Positions 10,245-23,143 are shown, counted from the first letter of the stretch. The stretch: DNA of 33,209 nucleotides from Blastocystis sp. subtype 4 (GCF_000743755.1 NW_014569540.1:62001-95209), one strand, 5' to 3'. Notes: generated from the letters alone by a model not told the origin. Made by a program: numbers and translations.

Positions 10245-11137
10245 ATGAATAATGAACCTGTAATCAATGATAGATTGGACTTAGAATTAGGTCCGTATGT
10301 GTATTGTGGGAGAAACAGGAATCGGGAAGTCAAGTCTGATTAAGTACCTAACAACTTCCAATTGTTGTCTCTCGAGAGACCAGAAGGCACTTATTACCCA
10401 GTGGGATCATATAATAACTGGAAAAGACTGTCAACAGCGTTTTCTTATCTGGGAACTGAGCGGAAAGAGTACGTCAATCTTATCTCTTTTTATCTACAGT
10501 ATGTCAAGATTCAATAGCAACTTTGTATTATGCACAAACACAGATCATCATCCTTGCTTATTGTATCAACTCTTTTGTATGAATTAATAAGGTAATACTT
10601 ACTGCATAGGCCTCGTATGAGTTTGCAAGGACTATTTGGAGAACTATCAAAACGGCAACAATTCACAATCCAACACTTGAAATTGTGTTTGTAGGTCTCA
10701 AAAGTGATATGGATGAAGAACGCGAAGTATCCATTCCTGTCGTTCTCTATCTTTTGTATTATTGATAGGAAGCACGCCTTTTTGCTACAACAAATCAGTT
10801 TCACTTCTATGAGGTGTCAATCCTCTCAGGAAATGTGATTCAAAAGTTGCAAGCAGATCTTGTAACATTACTCAGTACCACAGAAGCTCAGCAGATGAGT
10901 CTACAGATCCAGGCATGTGCCTTGCATTTACAGTATCGTCGACTTAAATTGAGGGGAAAGGACTGTAATAAGCAATTGGAGAATATTCAGGATTTACTTC
11001 GACGTAATCAATACAATATCCTGTACTACAAGAGTAATGAGACTCAACTCTCCCAAGAACTTGAGAAACTGAAAGAACGTTACTTTCAAGTGATTTTTAA
11101 GAATGATGAAGATACTTATCGTTTCTTTGTATCATAA
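10245..11137 (+). CDS. Divergent Rab-like small GTPase with C-terminal coiled coil
   Basis: VRMCIVGETGIGKSSLI (G1), IWELSGK (G3), TLYYAQTQIIILAY, VGLKSD..EREVS (G4), FYEVS (G5), then heptad-like LSQELEKLKERY. 3' end uncertain. Confidence 0.7.
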
Positions 11138-11153
11138 TTGCTGTAGTAGTATC

Positions 11154-12267
11154 ATGTTTCCTAAGAATTCTCCAGAACATGTTCTCATAGCAGAGCCTTA
11201 TCGGACCAAAGAACGATTTACTCTCCTAGATAGTAAGATCGGTGGTTTACCAGTATTTCAATACTTTGCTATTATAATTCGTAGTTATGGTTTACGGAGA
11301 TTCCAAAGTCCTATCCATTTCTGTGTGGTAGTTGTGGGAATGAAATGGTCCTTGCTGTTCAAGTTCTTATTTACTAATGTACTCAAAAGTAGTTGTATGA
11401 ACCAGATTCAGATTTGGATCGAGTATTGTATATCTTTTGCTGTCCCTCCTCCAAGTGTCAGTTGACTTCAAAGGGGTAGTTGACTTGGTTGTCTCTCAGT
11501 CTAGCTGGAAATGTATTCGACAACAACAACCTGTTCCAGAAGAAAAGGAGGACCAGAAACCAGTCAAAGCTAAACAGCCATCGAAGGGACTTGGATTATC
11601 TTGGGACTTTGGATCATCAAACTCCACTATGGAAGATGATATCATGGCGATGTTAACGAAGATGGAAGCCAAGAACTCAACAAAATCTAAAGTCACTGAG
11701 ACTGTAGAGACAACGATAGAATCACCATCGATCGCTCCCGGAATCGCTATAACAGATGCATCTCGGGTTCAAGTCTGTGAATACTTTTTAGATGTGAGTT
11801 TCTTGAGTAGAAGTGAATTTAAGGTGTTTGAAGAGCCAGAAGAGAAGAAGAAGAAACCAATACGTATTGAAGTGGAAGGAGTGATGGAAGGTGAAGGAAT
11901 GGAGGTTTATGACCATGATAAGAGCATGTCCAGACTCTTGAAATTCAATTCTGTCATCAAGCGTAATCCATCGCAGGTTCTGAGGTAAAAGTTAAGAGAT
12001 GTGTAGCATCTAGAATCGCATATCCAGGAGGAAGCCCATTGTTCCCATCAAATGAACGACTCCCTACTATCCCTCGTTGTGCCTGTGGCTCGGATCGTGT
12101 TTTTGAAGTTCAGCTGTTACCTACCTTGCTCTCGTTTGTGAATTTAGAGGATGAAACACTCGACTTAGCGCAACTTAAAGATGACAAAGAATGGTCATCA
12201 ATCTTCATCTACACTTGTTCTAATCATTGTGACCATCAAGAAGAGGTTGTAATCGTTCTTTCTTCCT
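11154..12267 (+). CDS. PDCD2L: PDCD2-like / Tsr4 (uS5 chaperone) protein
   Basis: SKIGGLP, CGSCGNEM..VQLY, RVLYIFCC, NPSQVLR, IPRCACGSDRVFEVQLLPTL, EWSSIFIYTCS..EEVV. Stop probably poly(A)-made at T12267; the genomic TAA is at 12279-12281. Confidence 0.85.
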
Positions 12268-12271
12268 TCTC

Positions 12272-12287
12272 TGTTTCTTAACAAACA
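12272..12287. terminator. Back-to-back poly(A)-site motifs of convergent genes
   Basis: TGTTTCTT on + (12272-12279) abuts AACAAACA (TGTTTGTT on -, 12280-12287). Confidence 0.7.
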
Positions 12288-12292
12288 TATCC

Positions 12293-15200
12293 TTAATCCG
12301 TCTTGGCAAGTTCTTTGAAGCGTTCAATAGAATCTTGGATCTTCTTCACCTCCTCTTTCAATTCCTCCAACTTCTTGGCATCTCTCTGTTTGATCTCCTC
12401 GGGTACCTTCACATATGCTTCCACACCCATCTTACCCTCTAATTTCTCCTTCCGATTCTGAACATCCTTCAACTGATTGCTCAGCTTTGTAATCTCCTGA
12501 GCGAAGTCCACCAGACCCTGGAGATTGACCAGCACTGTCACCTTCGTGTTGATGTGCTTCACAGCACAACTGTGAGGGAATGAAGCATCCGTACTCACAA
12601 TCACCTCACCTGCCTGAGCCAATGTCTTGAAATCAGCAGCCAACTCTCTCAGCGTGCTAGCTGTCTCCTCATCAGTAGCAGCCAAATAGAACGTAGGATT
12701 ATTCTTCCGTGTGAGATTATAATCCGATTTCAGTGAACGAGCCTCATGCACCATTTGATCCAACAACTCCATCTTCTCCTCCAGACCTAGATTTGTCCAC
12801 AAAGGATTCTCTACTGGATAAGAGGCGAGCATGATTGACTCAGGGAACTTGAAACCAGGTCGTGCAGTAACTCTCTGCCACAACTCCTCTGTTATGAAAG
12901 GCATCAAAGGATGAAGCAAACGTAGACCATACTCCAAGCAGATAAACAGAGTCATTTGAGCCTTCTTCTTGGCTTCCAGATCATTACCATTGATAACTGG
13001 TTTGATCATTTCGAGATAACGATCACAGAGCGTATACAGCCAGAAATTGTAGGTTTGTGTGGTTACATTAGCAAACTCATACTCTTCAAAGCTCTTATTA
13101 CAAGCAGCAGCTGTCTGAGAAAGTTTGGATAAGATCCACTGGTCGCGAAGAGCCAGTGTCTTAACATCCAACTTCTCTATTTCTTCTTGTGTCGCACTGA
13201 AACCTTCCAGATTCATCAATCCAAACTTCACTGCATTCCATAGCTTATTACAGAAATTACGATAACCAATCACACGCTGAATATCCAGGTTAATGTTAAT
13301 GCCTTGAATGGTATAAGCTAACAAGCCAAATCGCAAAGCGTCTGTTCCACACATTGGAATACCATCAGGGAAGTCCTGACGCTTGCCTTGAGAAGCCTTC
13401 TCAACTTCTGATCGATCCAAATTACCATGACGAATCTTCTCAAGCATTTCCTCCAATGTACATCCATTGATCACTTCCAAAGGATCAATCACATTACCCA
13501 AAGACTTGCTCATCTTACGACCATACTTATCACGAATCATAGCATGCAGATACACTTGACGGAATGGCAATTTATCTGTCAGTTCTAACGACATCATTAC
13601 CATACGAGCTACCCAGAAGAAGAGGATATCATGGCCTGTCTCCAACAACGTGGTAGGGAAGAAGGCCTTCAAATCATCCGTTTCATTAGGCCAACCAAAC
13701 ACCGAGAATGGGAACAAACCACTTGAGAACCATGTATCCAACACATCTGGATCTTGTTCAACACGAATTGACTCCACTGGCATGTTGACCTTCTCCGCAC
13801 CCTTCTTCACAGCTTCTTCTTGATTGTGAGCAGCTACCCAAACATCGTTATCAATCCACTTCTCTCCATCCTTCACCAATACCTTGTAGGCAGGGATACG
13901 ATGACCCCACCAGAGTTGACGACTGATACACCAATCATGAATGTTCTCCAACCAGCGATACCATGTGTTGACATGTTCCTTAGGCATGATCACCAATTCA
14001 CCCTTCTTCACAGCATCCACAGCTCGTGCAGCCATCTCCTTACAATCTACATACCACTGAGGCTTCAGAAGAGGTTCCACAATATCTCCCGTACGAGTAC
14101 AGATTGGAATCTGCATTTTGTTGTCCTTCTTACCAACATACAAACCAAGCTCTATTCATAATCTCCATCTCGTGATCACTCACTCTTCAAATCCTCCTCC
14201 AACTTCACACGCACATCAAAACGCATCATTCCCGTGTAAGGTGCTCCATTCTCATTGATTCGACCATCATCACTGATCACACTAGTAATTATCCACTGTC
14301 TCTTTCCTCACTTAATGAACTCCAGATTGTGTCGCTTACCACACTCAAAATCATTAGGATCATGAGCAGGTGTGATCTTCACAGCTCCTGTACCAAAGTT
14401 CATATCAACCAGAATAGGATCACAAATGATAGGAATGCGACGATGGTTGATCGGGTGAATCACATACTTCCCATGGAGATGCTTGTATCGAGGGTCATCT
14501 GGATGAACAGCCACAGCTGTATCACCCAGCATCGTTTCCAAACGAGTTGTAGCCACTACAATTTTCTCATCTATCATTCATTCCTTTCCCTAATGTCAAC
14601 CTGAATTCTCCACTGGATAAGCAAATTCGGTGAGACAGCCAAACTCATAGAGATTGTCACCATGACCAGGAACCTTTCTCAATGTGCGACCATCAACATC
14701 AATGTACTCAACCTCTAGTAATCAATCCTTCCTCTCTTTCCTACCGATATCCGAAAGAGCGGTACGAAGGTTACAACACCAGTTCACCAACCGTCTGCTT
14801 CGGTAGATCTTCCCCTTCTCAAACATACGTACGAATGCTTCCTTTACAGCTGCAGTAAGGTTTTCATCCATTGTAAAGGCCTCTCGACTCCAATCTACGG
14901 AGGTACCGAGGCGACGTAGTTGATGTGTGATGTTGTTTGCATAATTACGCTTCCACTCCCACACCTTCTCTACAAAGGCCTCACGACCTAGATCATGGCG
15001 AGTTTTCTGCTCATCCTTCATTAGTTGTTTCTCCACGACCACTTGTGTAGCAATTCCGGCGTGATCGACACCAGGAACCCAGAGAGTCTCACAACCACTC
15101 ATACGTCTCCTATCAGATTATTCCAGCCTATCATTGCTCACCAGCGGACAATGGCATCTTCAATAGCATTGGTCAATGCATGACCGAGATGAAGACTACC

Positions 15201-15798
15201 CGTTACATTGGGAGGAGGAATGACCATAACAAACTTCTTGTCTTGAGGTAGGTTCATAGCACGCTTAGCGTCAGCCTCTACAACTCAAAGGAACAAAGAA
15301 TCCGTACTGCAGAAGCCAGACTGTTCCCACCACTCTCCCCAAGCAGCCTCCACTGCATTAGGGGCATAAGTAGCTGCCATAGGCTCTGATAGATCTACTA
15401 ATCAAAACTCCTTAGGACATGAACCCTTCTTCTGACCTTTAGGGGTCTTGTTTACAAAAACAGGCTCTTCAGGCTTCGTCTTTTCAGCTTTCGTCTTCTT
15501 CTCGGCCTTCTTTTCCCCTGCAGCAGCTCCATTTCCCTTCAGTCCCCACTAAAAACGATGATATCGTCTCTCTACATCCTACGGCCTTCATCTTCTCCTC
15601 CTTACTCATCTTAGGCTTAGCATTCTTCTGTTTTGCAAGCTTCTTCAATTGGCTCTTCGACATCTCTTTGGGTTGTTCCGTTGTGGCTTCGGCCGAAGGA
15701 GCAGGGTTCATCTCCACTTTCTGCTCAGGAATGGGAGTATTTGTGTCAGGATTTGTGCTATTCGATGAGAACAACTCCTACGAACATTACGTTTCCAT
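12293..15798 (-). CDS. VARS1: Valyl-tRNA synthetase
   Basis: [90 protein letters not shown], and a C-terminal coiled coil. Confidence 0.97.
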
Positions 15799-15922
15799 CA
15801 ACTGTCCAAAACAATTCTGTTTAATCAACTTGGAATTGGTACCTAGCTCCAGAAAAAGCCACGAAAACTCTTAAGAGTCCCGCGGTTTTCATTTTTCCTA
15901 ACCAAACACAGAAGAACCCAAA

Positions 15923-16773
15923 CTATGTTCTATACGGATAATTCTTGTAAAATTCAGGGAGATATTCAAGAAAATATCTATCTAGCTTCGATAACAACTT
16001 AGAGGATTTCTCCAAACCCAGGCGAGAACGCACTTCATCCATTTCTGATTCAACACTCTAATCCAGTATTCGTGGATACTTCTAACATACACTACAATGC
16101 GTCGAATGGAGTTCTTTCTGCTCATAAACCATTATTTCTATTTCACCAATCGAATAGTTTGTCACATCCGTCTTTGTCTCAATCCTCCAACCAGATATAC
16201 TCTGTTTAGATCCTTTGTAGGGATTAATCGAGCATTATCGAGGTCGATCTTTGTATGATCATTTCTACAGTCACTAGCTAAACAGAACACTTACAAACGA
16301 TACGATGTCCGAGTAGTTTCAATAATGGCAAGCGGTTGCAACAATCCAAGCTTACTATCGAACGTCGGATGGCCACTGAAGAACTCATATTCGTCTAATG
16401 CTTTTGAGATATCCTGTTTTCCTTCGCGTTCCCTGATGATTCATACAGATTTCATTTCATACACATAATATGTGGTTCCCATCCCGACTAAGTGGTCTGG
16501 ATCCACTTTAGGAATATTTCCAGACTTCAATTCCCAAGTTTCTTGTCTCTGTCGCAACCAAACATTGTGAAGGGCCAGTTTCTTGTCTTTAAAGTCGTAG
16601 TATCTACTTCTCATCTATTAGCAAATAAAACACGTATCAAGAAATGTCTTTGTTCCTAGATATCGTGCATTACACTGGGAAAGTGACTTCGCAATCACTT
16701 CCATTTTGAATATGAATTTCTGCTCAATCTATATAGGATTTTCCGAAAGAATTCTCACTTCCAGTGCCGCCAT
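15923..16773 (-). CDS. THTPA: CYTH-domain thiamine triphosphatase-like protein
   Basis: Splicing gives MAALEIEQKF (ExExK), TFLDTYYDFKDKKLALHNVWLRQRQETWELK, TTRTSY, KIDLD, YSIGEIEIMV, SKLDRYF. Not present in the ORF track. Confidence 0.8.
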
Positions 16774-16781
16774 AACAAAAC

Positions 16782-17544
16782 ATGTCTGTGAACATCGAGA
16801 CTCTCAATAAGCCATTGAAACGGTCACCTTCTCCTACGATTCCTTTGAATGCTATACCGTACGATAGTGGTAGGTTATTGAATCTAGGGAGGACAATAAT
16901 CGCCAACGGAGTTTAACAGAGTAACTTTGTGGATTTATCATTTGATGTTTGTAGAACAACCCGAAAGATGCTTATGTTGGGAATCGAGATTCTCGCTCAT
17001 CATGAGAAAGAAATAGAAGGGTGAATGATGACAATTGAATTCATGGAGTAGATTCGAAGATTATGTGTCCGAAGGACGGACAGTATGGCTTCTATCATGG
17101 GATAAATAGTAGAACAGATCGTGTGCGGGAAAGACATTCAACGTAATCCGGTGGCTTATTTGGATTATCGCTATTGTATTGAATGTCGTAGATCCTGTCA
17201 ATGATATGTGTCTCATTGATGAATAGATTATTTCGCTATATCTTGGAATTAGGAATATTTCTATCGGAAAAGTTGTAGTCTGGCTATCTTTGTTTGCTCT
17301 TTTCTTTTCCATAGTCTTTGCTTTCTCTGTAAATGTTGTTTTAAGTGCAGTTTGTTTAGTTATCGTATCTTTTAATCGCATTCTTCATCTATAGAACCTT
17401 GTGTTGCGAATTATTGCCTATCAACAACGTTTCGGTTATGGCGTATTCACTGGTTCTAGGGTATTCTCTATCATTTCGTTCTGTTCTCTGGGTGCGGTCG
17501 TACTCTTTGAAGTGATAGATGAAACAAGAAACAGCTGTAAATAG
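16782..17544 (+). CDS. Hypothetical multi-pass membrane protein (ends approximate)
   Basis: A frame can be threaded through about six short GT-AG introns, giving hydrophobic segments VIRWLIWIIAIVLN and VVVWLSLFALFFSIVFAFSVNVVLSAVCL. No recognised family. Confidence 0.5.
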
Positions 17545-17548
17545 ATAA

Positions 17549-18518
17549 TTATATTATGTTATGTTTCTTCATTGCCTCGATAAACTTGTTCGCATATTCC
17601 TCAGGAAAGACATTAGTTCCAACCATAACACCTGCTCCCTCAATAGCATGATAATCAGACCCACTACTACAGAATAACTCATGCTCTTTAGCAAAAGAGG
17701 AATACAGAGATGTACCAAACTCGTTTCTTCCTTCAGGAGGGAAGCACTCAAGACCATCCACTCCAAATCGAACAGCATCTTCACAAACATGCAATGGATC
17801 CAAGCAGAGCCATGGATGAGCAACTGCAGCCACACCTTGATACGAATGAATTAAGTCAATGGCTTGCTTTAAGTCATATAACTGAAGAGGTTCATAGCTA
17901 CGAATGAAACAGGTATCATACATGTACAAGGGGGCCTTATCACCCAAGAATTGATCGAAAGAATCTCGAAATCCTTTCGAATAGCCTAACTCCTTTCGGT
18001 TAATCAACTACTACAATTCTACAACTAAACAATCTGCGATGATAGGTAGACTCGGTGCACTTTGTTTTGCTTTCTCTTCAATCATTGAATATGGAACTGG
18101 ATATCCAGCTGTAGCCATTTTTGAAAGGATTCGTTTGCATCGTTCCACTCTATTCCTAATTTCAATTCCATTATTATACCTTGTCTTGAATACAAATTTG
18201 TTGAGATAATCTTGAAAGGAATGGAGATTAGATGTAGATGGGAAGTATCCAGTGACATGAATTTGCTTTTCGGATGAAGAAAAAGAAGACATCTCAATTC
18301 CAGGAATAATCGTCATTCCCTCATATTCGAAGGATTCAAGTTGCAATACTCCATTGAATGTATCATGGTCCGTAATAGCAATGTATCGGAGTCCTTGTTC
18401 CTTGCAGCGATGAAGAAGCTCCTTGACAGGAAGCCTTCCATCTGACATACAGGTATGCATATGAACATCTATACGACAAGGATTCTATAATTCAAGTTCA
18501 TTCCAACCAACGAACCAT
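17549..18518 (-). CDS. PHP-domain metal-dependent phosphoesterase (TrpH/YciV-like)
   Basis: DVHMHTCMSDG, IAITDHDT, IPGIEMS, IHVTGY, AVAHP, DGLEC, SGSDYH. Confidence 0.88.
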
Positions 18519-18524
18519 CGTTCG

Positions 18525-18532
18525 AACAAACA
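18525..18532 (-). terminator. TGTTTGTT downstream poly(A)-site motif
   Basis: Downstream of the CCT4 stop and 6 nt upstream of the PHP gene ATG. Confidence 0.7.
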
Positions 18533-18576
18533 TGCAGAAAGGACTACCATTTAACCCAAGTTGGGTTCCCCAACTC

Positions 18577-20336
18577 TTATTTCATCGTTGCAACCATATC
18601 ATCAATTTTCAACATCATGTGGACATACTCTGAAGCCTGATGAATGGCACTGCTACTGACCAATAACGGCTGAATCACTCCTTGCTTCAGCATATCGCCA
18701 ATACAACCCTTCTTTACATCAATTCCAGCATATTTCTCTCCAGCTAGATGACGCTGACGCAGTTCTGTCACAATACTGATCGGATGCAAACCAGCATTCT
18801 CAGCCAATGTGTATGGAATGATCTCCAGTGCTTCGGCGAAGGCACGAGCCTACAAATCACCAACATCGTTAGTACTCACAATGTAGCGATCTGCTCCAGT
18901 TAGAGTCTGAATCCATTTCTGGAATTCCGCATATACCTCCGATTCTGGAGCTCCTCCTCCCACTGTCAAGAACGACTTCTTCACAAGACAACGTACCACA
19001 CACAAGGCATCATGAAGTGAACGCTCTGATTCGTCCAGCACCTTCCATGAATCTCATTCCATAAGCCTACCAGTTTATTACTGCCACGCAACAGAAGAGA
19101 CACTGTCTTTCCAGGATTAGCAACGCCAGTAATCTTTGTAATCTTTCGGCCCTCCAAATCAACTTCCTCCACGAGATCCGCATGGCCCAACTTGTCTTCA
19201 GTGAATGAATCAATGTGCGCCACAGGACGACAGCCCAAGGTCTATGAGTAATACGACACTAAAGTTAATACGCGAGAGATAAATTCAATGTCGTCTCGCT
19301 CAATGTCACTAATGACCATAATCTTCAACTTGCTTAGGAAATGCAAACTCAACTCGTTTACGGCATCTCGAAGAATAGATTTCTGCACAAGAATCACGTT
19401 ACAACCTGTCTTCTTGATCTTCTTGCACATCTCCAAAATGTACTTTCGTTCCTCACGAAGAAGTCTGTCCATTTGCGTATAATCATTAATAATCACCTTG
19501 TTATCAATATCTGTCTTGGGAGCAGACAGATGGAATTGCACCAATCCGATCTTTGCATTCACCACACGATTCACTCCAAGGATACTGGTGTCACTAGGTT
19601 TCGTAAACACAAGTCCGTCCACCAATTCACTATCATCAATGGTTCCACCTAGTTGCTTTACAATATGAATATCGCGCAAATCCACTTGATGATGGGTAAG
19701 GTCACTCACACGCAGAACCGAATCAACGGCAATTGGAGCAAGGATCTGAGAGTTATTGCTGACAACCTTCGAAGAAAGCGATGTAGTTGCAGCTCGGATC
19801 AAGTTATCGCGATCATCCAAAGCCACAGGAATGGACATGCCACTAAGGATTTCTTCTGCCTTTTCAGAGCATCGGAGGAAAGCATCTGCAATTGTAGTTG
19901 AGTGGATACCCTTTCCAAGGAGTTTTGTACAAGCATCGAGAAGAGCACCAGCAAGGACAACTACACTCGTTGTTCCATCTCCAGCTTCAATATCCTGTGC
20001 TTTGGATAATTCGACGAGCATTCGGGCAGCTGGATGCAGAACCTACGAACAGTAAGCATAAGAAGTACATAACATACTTGAATTTGTCCCAAAATCGTTG
20101 CACCATCATTTGTAATCAGAACTTCGCCCTTCTCGGCCTGAATCATCTTATCCATTCCACGGGGTCCCAAACTCGTCCGAATTGCATCAGCAACAGCTAC
20201 GTATGATGAGAAGCAAAGTGAAATAATCACCTTTTGCTGCAACGATATTTGACATACGAACGTCTCCCTCTTTGGAATCAGCACCTAATGTCTCTCCCTT
20301 TGCTTTTGAATTATCGACTGGCTTGGTTTCTGACAT
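18577..20336 (-). CDS. CCT4: T-complex protein 1 subunit delta (CCT4)
   Basis: [68 protein letters not shown]. Confidence 0.96.
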
Positions 20337-20528
20337 CTAAACAGTAACCTTCTTGGTGTATTGATTTTTTCCAAAACCGTTATCATTTTGCATATGCGTA
20401 ATTTCCAGATCTTTTGGAACCTGGAGAACGCGCTTGAATCAGTTGCAGATATTGCATCATTCCTCCTCAAATTCCCTTTAAACAAAATGAACCGAAAGAA
20501 GGAATCTCATAATTGCATACACCCGATC

Positions 20529-22117
20529 ATGTCAAGTCGTATGAGGATTTGAACTGTGAGCTTATGATATAGAGAGAAGAATCGGAAAGGAACTGGAAGG
20601 TGAACCATCAAAAAAGGTGAAAGCAGAATCTACTGAAATCTTTGATCTTGACATACTTCGACATGTTTATGGTTGTGTTGGTTGTGTTGGTTCATTTGTA
20701 GAAACCCTATTTCCTGCAGAGGAGTTTATTCAATGGCTAACTTATGCACATGGAGATAACCTATCGGTAGCTGAAGATTTAAAGAAACGAGAGTTGTCTT
20801 TTACACTTCCTGGGGATATTTACTGTCGGTATCAAGGTTTTGCAAATGCTGTATGTGTTCGGAGGATTTACGACACATAGGAAGAACTGAGGAAGCAGTT
20901 GGTAGCTCGGACGCCTATCAAGATTGATATCGGCGCCATCTATTCGGAACCAGTAGAACTAAGTATTGTATTTGATATTACAGATGTCGAGAAAGGATTT
21001 TAAGACATTCAAACCCATGTCACGAGAACTCATCTTTGATATTGATATGGATGATTATTCTCCAGTAGTAATAGCATTGATATCTTAGAAATAGATCCGT
21101 CATTGTTGTGAAGGGGCGAATGTTTGTGAGAAATGTTGGAAGTTCATGAATTATGCATTATTGGTTCTGAAGACGATTCTCACCAAAGAGTTCGGTTTTA
21201 AACATATTCTCTACGTGTTTTCCGGTCGTCGTGGTGTTCACATCTGGGTGTGTGATCGCAGTGCTCGGGAATTAACTGACAGTCAACGCAAAGCAATCGT
21301 AGATTATCTATCGTTTTCAAAGATAAATCAAAAAATCGATTATTCTCTAAGGTGAGATTGTAGTTGAGAATTCACTCAGAGAGGCTGCAAAGCAATTGCG
21401 TCCATTCTTTGAAGAAGTCATGATTAACACTAATGGACAAGATGTTCTTCGTTATGACCCTTCTATCGATGACATGAATGTGAAAGGAGATTCTATGGAC
21501 GCATTGTTACAGAAGTTCAGTCAACAGCGATTCTTCCCTCTTTTAGAGTGTCTTCCTTCCAATTTCACTAGTTTGGATTGGTTTTGGTGTTGATTTCAAG
21601 AACAGAAGAGTCAAGAATTGAAACGAATTCTAGTCGATAGCATACAACCCGAAGATAAATGGAAACGGATTGAGAAGCTTTTATCCTCAGATGGAGTTGG
21701 GATTTCATTATCAAGTTATTCTTAGTATGATACCATTGAGAAGATCATTCTTACTTATACGTATCCACGACTCGATAAGAATGTCTCTCTGCTGCGTCAC
21801 CATCTTCTTAAGAGTCCATTCATTGTTCATCCAAAATCTCGTATGAATGAGTTGAAAGTGAAGAGTAGATCGGTTCTGCTGTCCAATTGACCCAGATCAG
21901 GTAGAGTCTTTTGTCTTTTCCGATGCTCCGTCTATGGATGATATCTTTGAGAATCCAGAATCGTGTAGGTGAGAAGGAAGTGTATTCTGTATAGTACAGA
22001 AGTATAGGGACTGTGTGGAGATGTTCAAAACGAAATTCTTACGACCTCTTCAAAGAGACTATAATATTGAAGATGGAATTGCTCGTGGTAAGGCAGCGAA
22101 TGCAGAGGAAGAGTTTT
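20529..22117 (+). CDS. PRIM1: DNA primase small (catalytic) subunit
   Basis: KRELSFTL..DIYCRY, PIKIDIGAIY, RELIFDIDMDDY, CC....VCEKCW, VFSGRRGVHIWVCD, YPRLD, HLLKSPFIVHPK. Ends AEEEF plus T22117 (poly(A)-made stop). Confidence 0.95.
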
Positions 22118-22121
22118 GGTG

Positions 22122-22129
22122 TGTTTGTT
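22122..22129 (+). terminator. TGTTTGTT downstream poly(A)-site motif
   Basis: 4-nt spacer after an in-frame T following EEF in PRIM1. Confidence 0.8.
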
Positions 22130-22220
22130 GGTAATACCTATTATTGGAATTCAAGAAATCGTGTCAACTTTTGGTATTCCACAAATCTGCTGCTAACTCA
22201 ACATACCAAAGAACCAAAGA

Positions 22221-22882
22221 ATGAACATGGAAATGCATGATAGCAACCCCCAAGTGGATGCTCTTCGGGAGAAAATAAGTCTTGTTAGAAAGTGAGATCG
22301 TTTCGTTGTTGATCATGTACAGGTTATATACATACTATATCGAAAAGACCATCAATTATCCATTGTATCGATGGGTTGTTTTGGTTCTGATGATGGCGTT
22401 GTATGTGAAACGTATTCTCTCAACACATGGTTTCTATCTCATTTCGTATACTCTTGGGTTGTATCTTTTGAATCTCCTTCTGGGTTTCCTGTCTCCTCTT
22501 GTGATGTTTCAGGTTGTTGATCATGAATAGGATGTCTATGATGATGATACAGCAGAGCTTCCTACACGTGATGCAACGGAGTATCGCCCTTTCATTCGTC
22601 GTGTTCCGGAATTCAAGTTCTGGTCCTTCTCATTTTAAATGATTTATACATAGGAAGGAAAGTATGCAGGCCGTTGTTTTGTGTTTCTTCCTGACCTTCA
22701 TTCCTTTCTTGGACATTCCTGTATTCTGGCCGATTTTAGTGATGTATTTCTTTGTAAGTCAGTTTTTGTTGCATTATGAGTAGATGCTCTTCTTTATAAC
22801 GATGCGTGATCGAATTGCCCATATGATTCGATACCGCTACCTCCCATGGTCACATGGAAAGAAACGATATTCAAGGGATTAG
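22221..22882 (+). CDS. RER1: ER-retrieval receptor Rer1
   Basis: [69 protein letters not shown]. Confidence 0.93.
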
Positions 22883-23143
22883 GAGATTAGTTGCTTTTCT
22901 TTGTTCTCATGTAACTAGCTTTTCTAAGATGAAGATGAGTTGATGAAAATGGATATTAGATCAACAAGACACATCACAGCCTTGGTGGAGCACAATACCA
23001 TCAATTGTGTCTAGAACCAATAGGATTACCTAATTATTGCAAATTCCCGTGATATATGATCATTTACCAAACAAACCATAGTGAGTTCATCGAGCTTATG
23101 CATGTTTTGATTTGATTTTTAATTTTCTTAGTAACGTACTGCC

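Noticed and set aside
22883..23143. Intergenic gap after RER1 as a snoRNA or small gene
   Set aside because: A TGATGA box C-like word is present, but I found no matching box D, terminal stem or convincing ORF.
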